Assembly (NCBI GenBank): GCA_964373505.1
Contig: CAYJVC010000004.1
Span: 5,916 to 69,915, forward strand
Direction of reading: 5' to 3'
DNA: 64,000 nt
DNA from: an uncultured Planctomycetia bacterium
GTDB lineage: Bacteria > Omnitrophota > Gorgyraeia > 2-02-FULL-51-18
Shown one piece after another: positions 39,189 through 48,151 of this stretch. The notes below the pieces were generated by a model. That model saw nothing but the letters and a program-made list of their open reading frames with translations, ran no database searches and was not told the origin of the DNA. Made by a program: the position numbers and the translations under genes. Within the stretch, counting starts at the first letter, position 1; each line of letters begins with the position of its first letter.

Positions 39189-39226
39189 GAGTTAAGAAAA
39201 TTTTTTGACCGTGCAACGAAAGCAGT

Positions 39227-39256
39227 AAGTATAACAAAGCCGTGGAGAACGGTCAA
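39227..39256 (-). promoter_or_regulatory. putative sigma70 promoter (TTGACC-18-TATACT) upstream of gpsA
   Basis: Read on the minus strand in the 89-nt gap between the 39278 gene and gpsA. Confidence 0.45.
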
Positions 39257-39277
39257 TTAAAATGGAATCGAGTGGGC

Positions 39278-39661
39278 TTAACGCGTTTCGGTGGAAAGGT
39301 GCTGGTCGGAAACCATATCGTATTTGATGCTGTGCATGAACACGACGGCAAAGATATGGAGGTCCTGTACGACGTAGAAGCTGCCTATCACACGGTAGAG
39401 CATCTGGCCGATGCCTGTTTTTTGATCGTAGATTTTGCGGATCGTGACGTGGCGGTCTTTTTTCGGGTGGTTTTGAGAATGGTGATTCATCCAATATTTC
39501 AGCTCCTCGGGATCCCGGATCTCATTCTGTTCCGAAACATAGTAAGTGTATTTCTTCTCGGCCTTCGCCACAAAGCCCTCCATATCAATGATCTCTACGA
39601 TAGAGAGATTCTTGCGGTGGTGATTACCCGAGGTTGAAGATTTGATCATTACTTCTCTCAT
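39278..39661 (-). CDS. hypothetical protein (127 aa, Lys/His-rich, no recognised family)
   Basis: ORF immediately downstream of a 128-nt strongly AT-rich island. It is the only gene in the window with its own obviously foreign-looking upstream region. Confidence 0.4.
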   Translation of the reverse strand: MREVMIKSSTSGNHHRKNLSIVEIIDMEGFVAKAEKKYTYYVSEQNEIRDPEELKYWMNHHSQNHPKKDRHVTIRKIYDQKTGIGQMLYRVIGSFYVVQDLHIFAVVFMHSIKYDMVSDQHLSTETR

Positions 39662-39789
39662 TTTTTACATCCAATACTAGATATTAAATATATTAAATAA
39701 GCGATCTAAAAAAAACCACCGATTAAAGTATACATGTAAGCGCTTGGAATTACAAATTATGGATAAGTTATATCTATATATTTATTCTA
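39662..39789 (-). promoter_or_regulatory. AT-rich (~25% GC) intergenic island, probable promoter/regulatory or curved-DNA region
   Basis: The composition is in sharp contrast to the ~57% GC surroundings. It contains a T8 run and several TATA-like hexamers. Confidence 0.4.
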
Positions 39790-40392
39790 TTAATTATCAT
39801 GTTCATCACTCTTATCTTTGAGTCGTGAAATATTAGACCGATGCGTCCATACAGCCAAAATAAAGAGAAAAACAGCATAACTGATGGTAAACCCCGAACA
39901 GTTGAATAAGACGGCAAAGATAACAAAGGAGCCCACGGCCCCCAAAGAACTGATGGATACAGTTTTCCGGGTCACCCGCATGAGGAGGAGCCAGACAGTC
40001 ATCATGAAAGCCAATATCAGAGGGAACCCCGCGCCAATGGCGCCGGCGCCCGTCGCGATCCCTTTACCTCCCCTCCCGCCAAGAAAAGGCGTGAAAATAT
40101 GCCCGAAGACGGCACCGAGGCCAATGAGGAGGGAAAGTTCCGGCAAAGAGAGGTTGAATGAAGGTGCCGTGAATCTGGACAGAATAAGCGCCGGCAGAAA
40201 TCCCTTTAAGAAATCGATCGTAAAAATGAGGGCGCCCATTTTTTTTCCCAAAAGGCGCGCGGCGTTGGTGGCGCCCACATTGCCGCTCCCGTATTTACGG
40301 ATATCGGCGCCCTTGAAGAGCCTCACAAATAGATACGCGGTCGGGATGGCGCCCGTGAAAAAAGCCGCCAAAAATGCGGCGACAAATGGCAT
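39790..40392 (-). CDS. plsY: glycerol-3-phosphate acyltransferase PlsY
   Basis: GSGNVGATNAARLLGKK motif. I place the start at ATG MPFVAAF, making a TAATG overlap with the pgsA stop; the track ORF has a 140-aa spurious extension. Confidence 0.85.
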   Translation of the reverse strand: MPFVAAFLAAFFTGAIPTAYLFVRLFKGADIRKYGSGNVGATNAARLLGKKMGALIFTIDFLKGFLPALILSRFTAPSFNLSLPELSLLIGLGAVFGHIFTPFLGGRGGKGIATGAGAIGAGFPLILAFMMTVWLLLMRVTRKTVSISSLGAVGSFVIFAVLFNCSGFTISYAVFLFILAVWTHRSNISRLKDKSDEHDN

Positions 40393-40940
40393 TAGCGAAG
40401 CAACCTCTCGCCCATCCGGATGTACAGCGCGCCCGACCAGAGGGTCACAATGACCGTTCCCATGAACAAGAGAAACCTCGCGGGCGCGGGCGCAGCCGCA
40501 AGCGAGAGAAAAAGCGTCAACATTTGGAACACGGTCGTGATCTTTCCGATAAAAAGAGGCTCGGCCTTGAGCTCCCCGGTCAAGAGGAAGACGATCGCTG
40601 AGCCGATCAGGATGATCATGTCCCGCGCGATGACGGGGATCGCCACCCAAGCCGGTATCCGCATCGAATCCGGGAGGTTGGGCATGAGCGTCAATGACAG
40701 AAATCCGCTCAAAAGAAGTAATTTGTCCGCGATCGGGTCGAGATAACTTCCCAGAACCGTTTTTTCGTTGAGCCTTCTCGCCAGGTACCCGTCTATGCCG
40801 TCGGTGGTGCACGCGACGAGGAACACGCCGATACTTGCCAGATGAAAAAAGCTCCTCTGGGGTGAATAGTAAGAAAGAAGGGTCACAAATAGCGGCACGA
40901 GGATGATCCTGAAAAGGCTGAGATTATTCGGAAGGTTCAT
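40392..40940 (-). CDS. pgsA: CDP-diacylglycerol--glycerol-3-phosphate 3-phosphatidyltransferase
   Basis: CDP-alcohol phosphatidyltransferase motif DGIDGYLARRLN...GSYLDPIADK. Confidence 0.85.
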   Translation of the reverse strand: MNLPNNLSLFRIILVPLFVTLLSYYSPQRSFFHLASIGVFLVACTTDGIDGYLARRLNEKTVLGSYLDPIADKLLLLSGFLSLTLMPNLPDSMRIPAWVAIPVIARDMIILIGSAIVFLLTGELKAEPLFIGKITTVFQMLTLFLSLAAAPAPARFLLFMGTVIVTLWSGALYIRMGERLLR

Positions 40941-40953
40941 CGGTGTTTTAAGT

Positions 40954-41505
40954 TTATTTTAAGGTCCCGAGTTTGTGGAGCGGCCACCAGCGGAAAAGCG
41001 CTTTGCCGACCATGTTTTTTTTCGGGACAAAGCCCCAAAAGCGGCTGTCCTGCGAATTGGCGCTGTTGTCTCCGAGCACGAAGTAAGAGTCTTTGGGCAC
41101 CCGGATTTTTTCATTCGGGTTCGCATAAGGGTCGTGATTGTAATAATAAAATTTTCCAAAGCTCTCGGGATCATCCAATACCCTGCCGTCGACAGTGATT
41201 TTGCCGTCCTTGATCTCCACGGTCTCGCCTTCGAACGCAACGAGTCTTTTAATGAAATCTTTTTTCTTATCCTGGGGGAATTTGAACACAATGATGTCCC
41301 CCCGCTTCGGGGGTTCGAAGCGGTAAATGTACTTGTTGACGAAGAGCTTGTCCCCCTCCGCGAGCGTCGGTCGCATGGAACCGGAAGGGATCTTGAAGGC
41401 CTGGATCACATAGCTGCGGATGATGAGAGTGAGAACCAGCGCTACGGCGATCGATTGCGCCCACTCCTTCAGTTCCCGCAGAACGACTTCCTTGGAGATC
41501 CGCAC
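40954..41505 (-). CDS. lepB: signal peptidase I
   Basis: IPSGSMRPTL and GDNSANSQDSRFWGFV boxes. Confidence 0.9.
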   Translation of the reverse strand: MRISKEVVLRELKEWAQSIAVALVLTLIIRSYVIQAFKIPSGSMRPTLAEGDKLFVNKYIYRFEPPKRGDIIVFKFPQDKKKDFIKRLVAFEGETVEIKDGKITVDGRVLDDPESFGKFYYYNHDPYANPNEKIRVPKDSYFVLGDNSANSQDSRFWGFVPKKNMVGKALFRWWPLHKLGTLK

Positions 41506-41506
41506 G

Positions 41507-43309
41507 TTAGGACTCGATCTTTAAAGCGGCCAGGAATGCCTCTTGTGGGATCTCCACTTTGCCGAACTGTTTCATGCGCTTCTTGCCCTCTTTCTGCTTT
41601 TCCCACAGCTTGCGTTTTCTCGTGATGTCGCCGCCGTAGCATTTGCTCGTGACGTTTTTTCCCATGGGCCTTACGGATTCGCGCGCGATGATCTTTCCCC
41701 CGATCGCGGCCTGGATGACCACCTCGAACATCTGCCTGGGGATGAGCTCCTTTAGTTTTTCGCAGAGCGCGCGGCCCTTTGTTTGGGCCTTATCGTGATG
41801 CACCATGGAACTGAACGAATCGCAGATCTCCGAGTTGATGAGGATGTCGAGTTTCACGACGTCACTATCCCGGTGCCCCTTCACCTCGTAGTCCAGCGAG
41901 CCGTAACCCTTCGAAATGGATTTGACGCGGTCATAGAAATCAACGATGATCTCGGCCAGCGGAAAGTCATAGATCACTTTGACCCTCTCCTCGTCGATAT
42001 GCTCGGTGGAAATGTACCGACCGCGGCGTTGCTCGCAGAGCTCAAAGATCGCGCCGATGCAATTTTGGGGAATGAGGATGGCGGCATGTACGAACGGCTC
42101 AAGGATTTCCCGGACCTGGCTCGGATCCGGCATCTTGGAAGGATTGTCCACTTCAACGAGGTTTCCGTCTAACTTCCGCACCTTGTAGACGACGCTGGGC
42201 GTGGTGATGACGAGACTCATGCCATATTCGCGCTCCAGTCTTTCCTGCACGATCTCCATATGGAGAAGTCCGAGGAATCCGCACCGGAAGCCAAACCCGA
42301 CGGAAGCCGAGTTTTCTATTTCATAAACGAACGAGGAGTCGCTCAAGGACAGTTTTTCTATCGAGTCCTTCAGCGCCTGGAAATCCGCAGAGTTGACCGG
42401 ATAAATGCCGGCAAACACGAGCGGGCGGATCTTCTTGTAACCCGGGAGCGCTTCCTCCGTCGGACTCAGCGCGTCCGTGACGGTGTCCCCGTTTTCCACC
42501 TCTTTTGCGTTTCGGATGTTGCAAGAGACATAGCCGACTTCGCCGGGCCCGAGGGATTCACAAGCTGTAGGTTTGGGCGTCAGGTTGCCGATGCCCAACA
42601 CATCGTAGGTTTTCCCCGCGGCCAGCATCTTTATTTTCATGCCCTTTTTCAGGACCCCGTTGAACACACGAACGTACACGATCACGCCCTGGTATGCGTC
42701 GTACTGGGAGTCAAAAATAAGCGCCTGAAGCTTTTTAGCCGGGTCCCCTTCCGGCGGCGGGATCACCTCCACCACCCGATCCAGGATTTGGGTGATGCCG
42801 GTCCCCATCTTGGCGCTGGCGAGCAGGATCTCATGCTCGTCGATTCCGAGATATTTGTGGATCTGTTTTTTTACCTTTTCCGGTTCGGCCGTGCCGAGGT
42901 CTATCTTATTGATGACGGGAATGATCTCGAGGTCATTCTCCATCGCCAGGTACAGATTGGCCACGGTTTGCGCCTCGACGCCCTGACCGGCGTCCACAAG
43001 AAGCAGCGCCCCCTCGCAGGCGCGCAGGGACTTGGCGACCTCGAACGTGAAGTCCACGTGGCCCGGCGTGTCGATCAGGTTGAGCGTGTAGTTCTTGCCG
43101 TCTTTTTTGGAATGATAATTGATCTTGACCGCGCTCGCCTTGATCGTGATGCCGCGCTCCTGCTCCAGCGCCATATCGTCCAGGAGCTGGTTGTGGAATG
43201 TGCGGCTGTCAATGGCGCCGGTGTGCTCGAGGATACGGTCGGCTAGCGTGGACTTGCCGTGATCGATATGCGCGATGATCGAAAAATTACGGATATGCGC
43301 CTGCCTCAT
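41507..43309 (-). CDS. lepA: elongation factor 4
   Basis: 600 aa with a GTPase start IRNFSIIAHIDHGKSTLADR and a LepA C-terminal domain. Confidence 0.95.
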   Translation of the reverse strand: MRQAHIRNFSIIAHIDHGKSTLADRILEHTGAIDSRTFHNQLLDDMALEQERGITIKASAVKINYHSKKDGKNYTLNLIDTPGHVDFTFEVAKSLRACEGALLLVDAGQGVEAQTVANLYLAMENDLEIIPVINKIDLGTAEPEKVKKQIHKYLGIDEHEILLASAKMGTGITQILDRVVEVIPPPEGDPAKKLQALIFDSQYDAYQGVIVYVRVFNGVLKKGMKIKMLAAGKTYDVLGIGNLTPKPTACESLGPGEVGYVSCNIRNAKEVENGDTVTDALSPTEEALPGYKKIRPLVFAGIYPVNSADFQALKDSIEKLSLSDSSFVYEIENSASVGFGFRCGFLGLLHMEIVQERLEREYGMSLVITTPSVVYKVRKLDGNLVEVDNPSKMPDPSQVREILEPFVHAAILIPQNCIGAIFELCEQRRGRYISTEHIDEERVKVIYDFPLAEIIVDFYDRVKSISKGYGSLDYEVKGHRDSDVVKLDILINSEICDSFSSMVHHDKAQTKGRALCEKLKELIPRQMFEVVIQAAIGGKIIARESVRPMGKNVTSKCYGGDITRKRKLWEKQKEGKKRMKQFGKVEIPQEAFLAALKIES

Positions 43310-43392
43310 GCGGGTTTCACCCCACCCTCTGATCGGCTCATCTTTGATGAACCGATCGCTCTAAGATCGTTGCGATCAGGCGGTGGGGTCAT
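43306..43392 (-). repeat. family-A palindromic element (divergent copy d) with micro-ORF MTPPPDRNDLRAIGSSKMSRSEGGVKPA
   Basis: Arms CCCCACCGCCTGATCG / CGATCAGAGGGTGGGG. It makes ATGA overlaps with the phosphohexomutase stop and with the lepA ATG. Confidence 0.7.
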
Positions 43393-44819
43393 TTCAGGCT
43401 GAACGCGAGCTCTTTCCCGTCCTTCACGAGCGCTTCCGCCAGTTCCCGGGAAGTTGCCTCGGAATAAATCCTCAAAAGGGGCTCGGTGCCGGAGAGGCGG
43501 AAAAGAAGCCAGCTGTCGTCCTGGAGTATGAACTTCATCCCGTCCCGGCTCTTGATCTCCTTGATGCGTTGATCTTTGAGCTCCTTGGGGGGATGGGTTC
43601 TCAGGTGTTGAAAAAGCTTGGGTTTAAGCTCATTCGGATACGCCAGATCATTGCGGACATAATAGAGTTTTCCATATTCCTTCTCGACGCCGCTCAATAT
43701 TTCCTCGAAACTCTGCTTCCTCATAGCCATCATTTCAATCAGCAAAAGCGCCGACAGCATGCCGTCGCGCTCATACAGATAATCCTGGAAGCCGATCCCG
43801 CCCGATTCCTCCCCGCCGATCAAAACATTCTCGCGGCGCATGATCTCGCAGATGTATTTGAAGCCGATGGGCGTTTCGTGGATCGTGAGGTTCAGTTTCC
43901 TGGCCACTTTATAGATGAGCGCCGTGTTGGAGATGGTCGTGACGACGCTTCCTCTCCTTTTCAGGTCTTCCACAAAATGGATCATGATGAGTGACAGGAG
44001 CGTGCCGGGTGTGACAAACTCCCCGCCGGGACGGACCGCGCCGATGCGGTCCGCATCGCCGTCCGTTACGACCGCCAGATCAAATTCCCTGTTTCTCATG
44101 CGTTCGATCGTCTCCGGAATGTTCCGGGGGATGGGCTCGGGATTAAGGCCGCCGAACGTGATGTCCCGCTCGCCGCGCGTGGTCGTGACCCTGATCTTGC
44201 CGCCGCTCAGGATATTTTCAATATGACCGTCGCCTGCGCCGTGCATGGAGTCGACCAGAATCTTGAACGGCGCTTGCTTTAGCATGTCCATCCGCACATA
44301 TTTTTTGACGAACGCGAGGTACTTTTCGTTGAGATTTTCCACTCTCGGATTTTCGCCGGAAAAAGGCGTTTTTTTGACGGTGTTCTTCCCTAACAGCTTT
44401 TCCACGGCATCCGTGAGGGCCTTGTCGGCAGAGCCGCCGAAGTCCGTTTTGATCTTGATGCCGTTGTAGTCCGGCGGGTTATGGCTGGCCGTCACGGCGA
44501 TCCCCGCATCGCACTTACGGTCGACGATCGTGAAGCTGATGGCCGGCGTCGGGCAAGCTTGATCGGAAAGAAGGACATCAATGTTGTTCGCGATCAACAC
44601 TTCGGTGAAGGTTTTCGCGAAATTTTCTGAATTTTTGCGCGTGTCATAGCCGACCGCGACCTTCGGCCGCAGCGCAACCGACGGGTGCTTCAAGTTTTCG
44701 TTCAAGAAATCGCCGAACGCCTGAGCGACGAGCTCCACATTTTCGAACGTAAATTCTTTGTCCATGAGCGCGCGCCAGCCGTCAGTGCCGAATTTTATAA
44801 CTGAGGCGCCCGCGCTCAT
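43389..44819 (-). CDS. phosphoglucomutase/phosphomannomutase family protein
   Basis: Active-site loop TASHNPPDYNGIK and a metal-binding DGDADR motif. Confidence 0.85.
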   Translation of the reverse strand: MSAGASVIKFGTDGWRALMDKEFTFENVELVAQAFGDFLNENLKHPSVALRPKVAVGYDTRKNSENFAKTFTEVLIANNIDVLLSDQACPTPAISFTIVDRKCDAGIAVTASHNPPDYNGIKIKTDFGGSADKALTDAVEKLLGKNTVKKTPFSGENPRVENLNEKYLAFVKKYVRMDMLKQAPFKILVDSMHGAGDGHIENILSGGKIRVTTTRGERDITFGGLNPEPIPRNIPETIERMRNREFDLAVVTDGDADRIGAVRPGGEFVTPGTLLSLIMIHFVEDLKRRGSVVTTISNTALIYKVARKLNLTIHETPIGFKYICEIMRRENVLIGGEESGGIGFQDYLYERDGMLSALLLIEMMAMRKQSFEEILSGVEKEYGKLYYVRNDLAYPNELKPKLFQHLRTHPPKELKDQRIKEIKSRDGMKFILQDDSWLLFRLSGTEPLLRIYSEATSRELAEALVKDGKELAFSLK

Positions 44820-45463
44820 TTTCTTGGCCTAAGATCCGAGATGGCTTGCGCGGTGTCCGTCCTGCCGAATATGGCGGTGCCGGCCACGAGAATATTGGCT
44901 CCCGCGTCGAGGGCCTGGGGTGCGGTCTCGCGGTTGATGCCCCCATCCACCTGAATGTCCCCGTCAAACACCGTGCGCAGGCGCCTCACCTTCTCCATGA
45001 CTTCCGGCATGAATTTCTGCCCGCCGAACCCCGGATTCACCGTCATGAGGAGAACAAGATTTATGTCCTTCAGGTGCTCTTCGATCCGGTTGAGCGGCGT
45101 CTCGGGTTTTAAGGATACTCCGCAGCCGACGTGGAAGGAATGCACGATCTCGATGCACTCGTGCAGATTTCCAAAACACGCCTCCGCATGAAAAGTAATG
45201 TGGTCCGCGCCCGCCTCGACGAAGCTTTGGATATACCGATCGGGCCGCTCGATCATGAGGTGCACGTCGAGCGGCAGCTTCGTGACCGAACGAACGGCTT
45301 TTACGATCAGGGGGCCCACCGAGAGGTTCGGCACGAAATGACCGTCCATGACGTCGATGTGCAGAAGGTCGCAGCCCGCCTTTTCCACCCGGGTGACCTC
45401 ATCGGCCAGGTGCGCAAAATCCGCCGCCAGGAGCGACGGGGCGATTTTCACAGCCCGTTTCAT
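44816..45463 (-). CDS. rpe: ribulose-phosphate 3-epimerase
   Basis: KIAPSLLAADFAHL...HIDVMDGHFVPNLS. I place the start at ATG MKRAV, overlapping the upstream stop as ATGA. Confidence 0.85.
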   Translation of the reverse strand: MKRAVKIAPSLLAADFAHLADEVTRVEKAGCDLLHIDVMDGHFVPNLSVGPLIVKAVRSVTKLPLDVHLMIERPDRYIQSFVEAGADHITFHAEACFGNLHECIEIVHSFHVGCGVSLKPETPLNRIEEHLKDINLVLLMTVNPGFGGQKFMPEVMEKVRRLRTVFDGDIQVDGGINRETAPQALDAGANILVAGTAIFGRTDTAQAISDLRPRK

Positions 45464-46746
45464 GAACCTTGCCCTAAGCCCGAGAGGAGCTTGGAAAAAT
45501 TCTTCCGCATTTTGTGGACCCCGGGGCCCACCGCCGCTAAATTGCATCGATCGGACCTGAAGATCTCCCGAGCGACACGTCGGACGTCGCCCGGCTTGAC
45601 CTTATTTACGCGCCCCATGACTTCTTTCGGGGTTTTGCAACGGCCCAGGCAAACGAGGCTTTCGCCCACCCACAGCATGTGGTTCATCGTGCTTTCTAGC
45701 CCAAGTTCCATCTGCCCTATCTGAAATTCCTTGGCGCGCGCCAGTTCGTCCTCGGCGGGAGCCTCATCGGCTATTTTCTTAAGCTCCGCCAGAATGGTCC
45801 GAAGCGCTTCCTCGGACTTTTGGTTGTCGACGCCGGCGCTCACCATAAAAGCGCCGGTGTCATGATAACGCCTTATGTGGGAGCCGATGTCATAAGCCAG
45901 GCCTTTTTCTTCCCTTACTTCATTGAAGAGGCGTGAGGACATATTGCCGCCAAGGATCACGCTCAAAAGATCAAGCGCATACTGATCGGAGTGTTCCTTC
46001 GCGGGAGCATGAACACCGAGCACGAGGTGTGTTTGCTCGGTTTTCTTGGGCAGTACTCGGAGGCGGCATCCGCTCTGGCTCGGTTTGAACTTATTCAGGT
46101 GTTTTTTTTGCGATGGACGTGTTCTTGAAAATACGCCGTTCACCAGCTGAACGAGTTTTTGAATCGTGACGGCGCCCGAGGCGGCGACTGTAATGTTCTG
46201 TGGGCCGTAATATTTTTCCCTAAAATCCTGCAGATCCTGCCGGGAGAGTTTTGCCACGGATCGGAGCGTTCCGGCCAGCGGCCGCCCGAGCGCGTGGTCG
46301 GGCCAGATAAGAGCCGAAAATACCTCTTCCACAAGCTCGGAAGGGTGATCCAGGGTCATTTTGACCTCTTCCATAATGACCGTGCGCTCTTTTTTAATGT
46401 CTTGGGGGTCCAGGGATGCGTTTAAGACCATGTCTGACAGGATCTGGAACGCTTCTGCCAGGTATTTCCCCGATGTCTTGGAGAGGTAACACGTGTATTC
46501 CTCGGAGGTGAACGCGTTGAGGCTTCCGCCGACGCCTTCGATCGCTTCTTTGATCTCTTTGGCGGTGCGGTGGGTGGTGCCTTTGAAGACCATGTGCTCC
46601 AGAAAGTGCGCGACACCGTTCAGCTTTTCGGATTCATCACGGCCTCCGGCGTGAACCCAGATCCCCAGGGACACCGATTTTCGTCCGGAAAGCGGCGCGG
46701 CCACTACGCGCACGCCATTGGGCAGTTTCACGGTTTCATAGTTCAT
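45460..46746 (-). CDS. M16-family zinc peptidase (insulinase-like)
   Basis: HFLEHM (HxxEH) motif. I place the start at MNYETVKLPNG; the track ORF has a 93-aa extension overlapping ruvX. Confidence 0.8.
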   Translation of the reverse strand: MNYETVKLPNGVRVVAAPLSGRKSVSLGIWVHAGGRDESEKLNGVAHFLEHMVFKGTTHRTAKEIKEAIEGVGGSLNAFTSEEYTCYLSKTSGKYLAEAFQILSDMVLNASLDPQDIKKERTVIMEEVKMTLDHPSELVEEVFSALIWPDHALGRPLAGTLRSVAKLSRQDLQDFREKYYGPQNITVAASGAVTIQKLVQLVNGVFSRTRPSQKKHLNKFKPSQSGCRLRVLPKKTEQTHLVLGVHAPAKEHSDQYALDLLSVILGGNMSSRLFNEVREEKGLAYDIGSHIRRYHDTGAFMVSAGVDNQKSEEALRTILAELKKIADEAPAEDELARAKEFQIGQMELGLESTMNHMLWVGESLVCLGRCKTPKEVMGRVNKVKPGDVRRVAREIFRSDRCNLAAVGPGVHKMRKNFSKLLSGLGQGS

Positions 46747-47162
46747 GGTTTGGCTCTTTGGGATTCGAGATAACCCTGGAGGATGAGCGTCGCGGCGAGT
46801 CGGTCGCTTTGTGTTTTCTGTTTGGCCCTCGACAGGCCTTCCTCGATCATGAGACGCCCCGCCTGTCGGCTTGAGAGGCGCTCGTCCCAGGTTTTGACGG
46901 GAACCCCGAGCGCCATCTGGAGCTTGGGGACAAGATCCAGGACCTGTTTGGCTCGGGGCCCGAGTGTCCCATTCATGTTCACCGGCAGGCCGATCACGAT
47001 CTGGCGGGCATGGGTTTGTCCGCAAACCTTTTGCAGTGCTTGAAGCACGTTCTCACTCCCTTTGTTTTCGATCGTCTCAAGCCCCTGGGCCGTCAAGCCC
47101 AAGGGGTCCGACACGGCCACTCCGATCCTTTTTTCTCCGAAATCCAACGCCAAGATCCTCAT
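46743..47162 (-). CDS. ruvX: Holliday-junction resolvase-like RNase H-fold nuclease YqgF/RuvX
   Basis: MRILALDFGEKRIGVAVSD start, 139 aa. Confidence 0.85.
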   Translation of the reverse strand: MRILALDFGEKRIGVAVSDPLGLTAQGLETIENKGSENVLQALQKVCGQTHARQIVIGLPVNMNGTLGPRAKQVLDLVPKLQMALGVPVKTWDERLSSRQAGRLMIEEGLSRAKQKTQSDRLAATLILQGYLESQRAKP

Positions 47163-48151
47163 CGCCGCGAAAGAAGCGCCGCCTCCTCGGAAAGACCTTT
47201 TTTACAGATCAGCGTACCCTGTTTTGTCTGTATCACGATCAGGTCCTTGACTCCCAGCGTGATGACAGGCGTTGGGTGGTGATTCAAGATCAAAGAGCCG
47301 TGCGTGTCATCCGTGTGGCAGACCCCTCGGACAAGATTATCGTGTCTGTCACGTTCACCCTTCCGGTGAAACATGTCCCAGCTTCCCATGTCGCACCAGT
47401 CCATTTTGGTTTTGATTACGACGAGGTTCTTCGCTTTTTCGAGAAGCGCGTGATCGATGGAAATTTTGGGTAAGCCGGTGTAACGAAGCCGTCCAAATTC
47501 CGGCGCCTTTTTTTTCATGGCCTCGAGAAATGTGCCGATCCGCCACGTGAAGATCCCCGCATTCCACAGAAAACGCCCTGATCTCAGGTACTGCGCAGCC
47601 TTCGCGTGGCCGGGTTTTTCGGCAAAATGTTTTACCCTATAAGCCGACGGGCAGGCGGACATCGCCGCGCCCGCCTCGATATAGCCGTAACCGACGGCGG
47701 CGAACGTGGGTTTGATCCCCACGGTCACGAGCGATCCTTCTTTTTGGGCGAGGGCGATGGCGTCGCTTAGGGTTTTTTGAAAAAGCTTTTCGTTCCGGAT
47801 GAGATGGTCTGCCGGAAAAAAGGAAACCACGGTTTCGACGCCAAAACGTTCCCCGATCGCGCGGCAGGAGAGATAAATGGCGGCCGCCGTGTTTCTCCTT
47901 GACGGCTCAAGGATGAGGTTTTGTTTTTTTAATCCCGGAAGTTCGGCCTGAATGAGCCCCGCCTGCTTCCGGGTCGTCACCACATAAACGTTATTCTTCG
48001 CATAGACCCGCAGGAGTCTTTGATAAGTTTTCTGCAGGAGAGATTCCTTATTGTCGAGGCGGATGCTGTATTTGGGAAATTTCTTGTGGGTCAGCGGCCA
48101 GAACCGCTCCCCGGGCCCACCCGCTAGGATGACCGCCTTGGCGCTAGTCAT
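47159..48151 (-). CDS. mannose-1-phosphate guanylyltransferase-like nucleotidyltransferase
   Basis: AVILAGGPGERFWPLT sugar-nucleotidyltransferase N-terminus. The start is uncertain between M1 and M10. Confidence 0.65.
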   Translation of the reverse strand: MTSAKAVILAGGPGERFWPLTHKKFPKYSIRLDNKESLLQKTYQRLLRVYAKNNVYVVTTRKQAGLIQAELPGLKKQNLILEPSRRNTAAAIYLSCRAIGERFGVETVVSFFPADHLIRNEKLFQKTLSDAIALAQKEGSLVTVGIKPTFAAVGYGYIEAGAAMSACPSAYRVKHFAEKPGHAKAAQYLRSGRFLWNAGIFTWRIGTFLEAMKKKAPEFGRLRYTGLPKISIDHALLEKAKNLVVIKTKMDWCDMGSWDMFHRKGERDRHDNLVRGVCHTDDTHGSLILNHHPTPVITLGVKDLIVIQTKQGTLICKKGLSEEAALLSRR

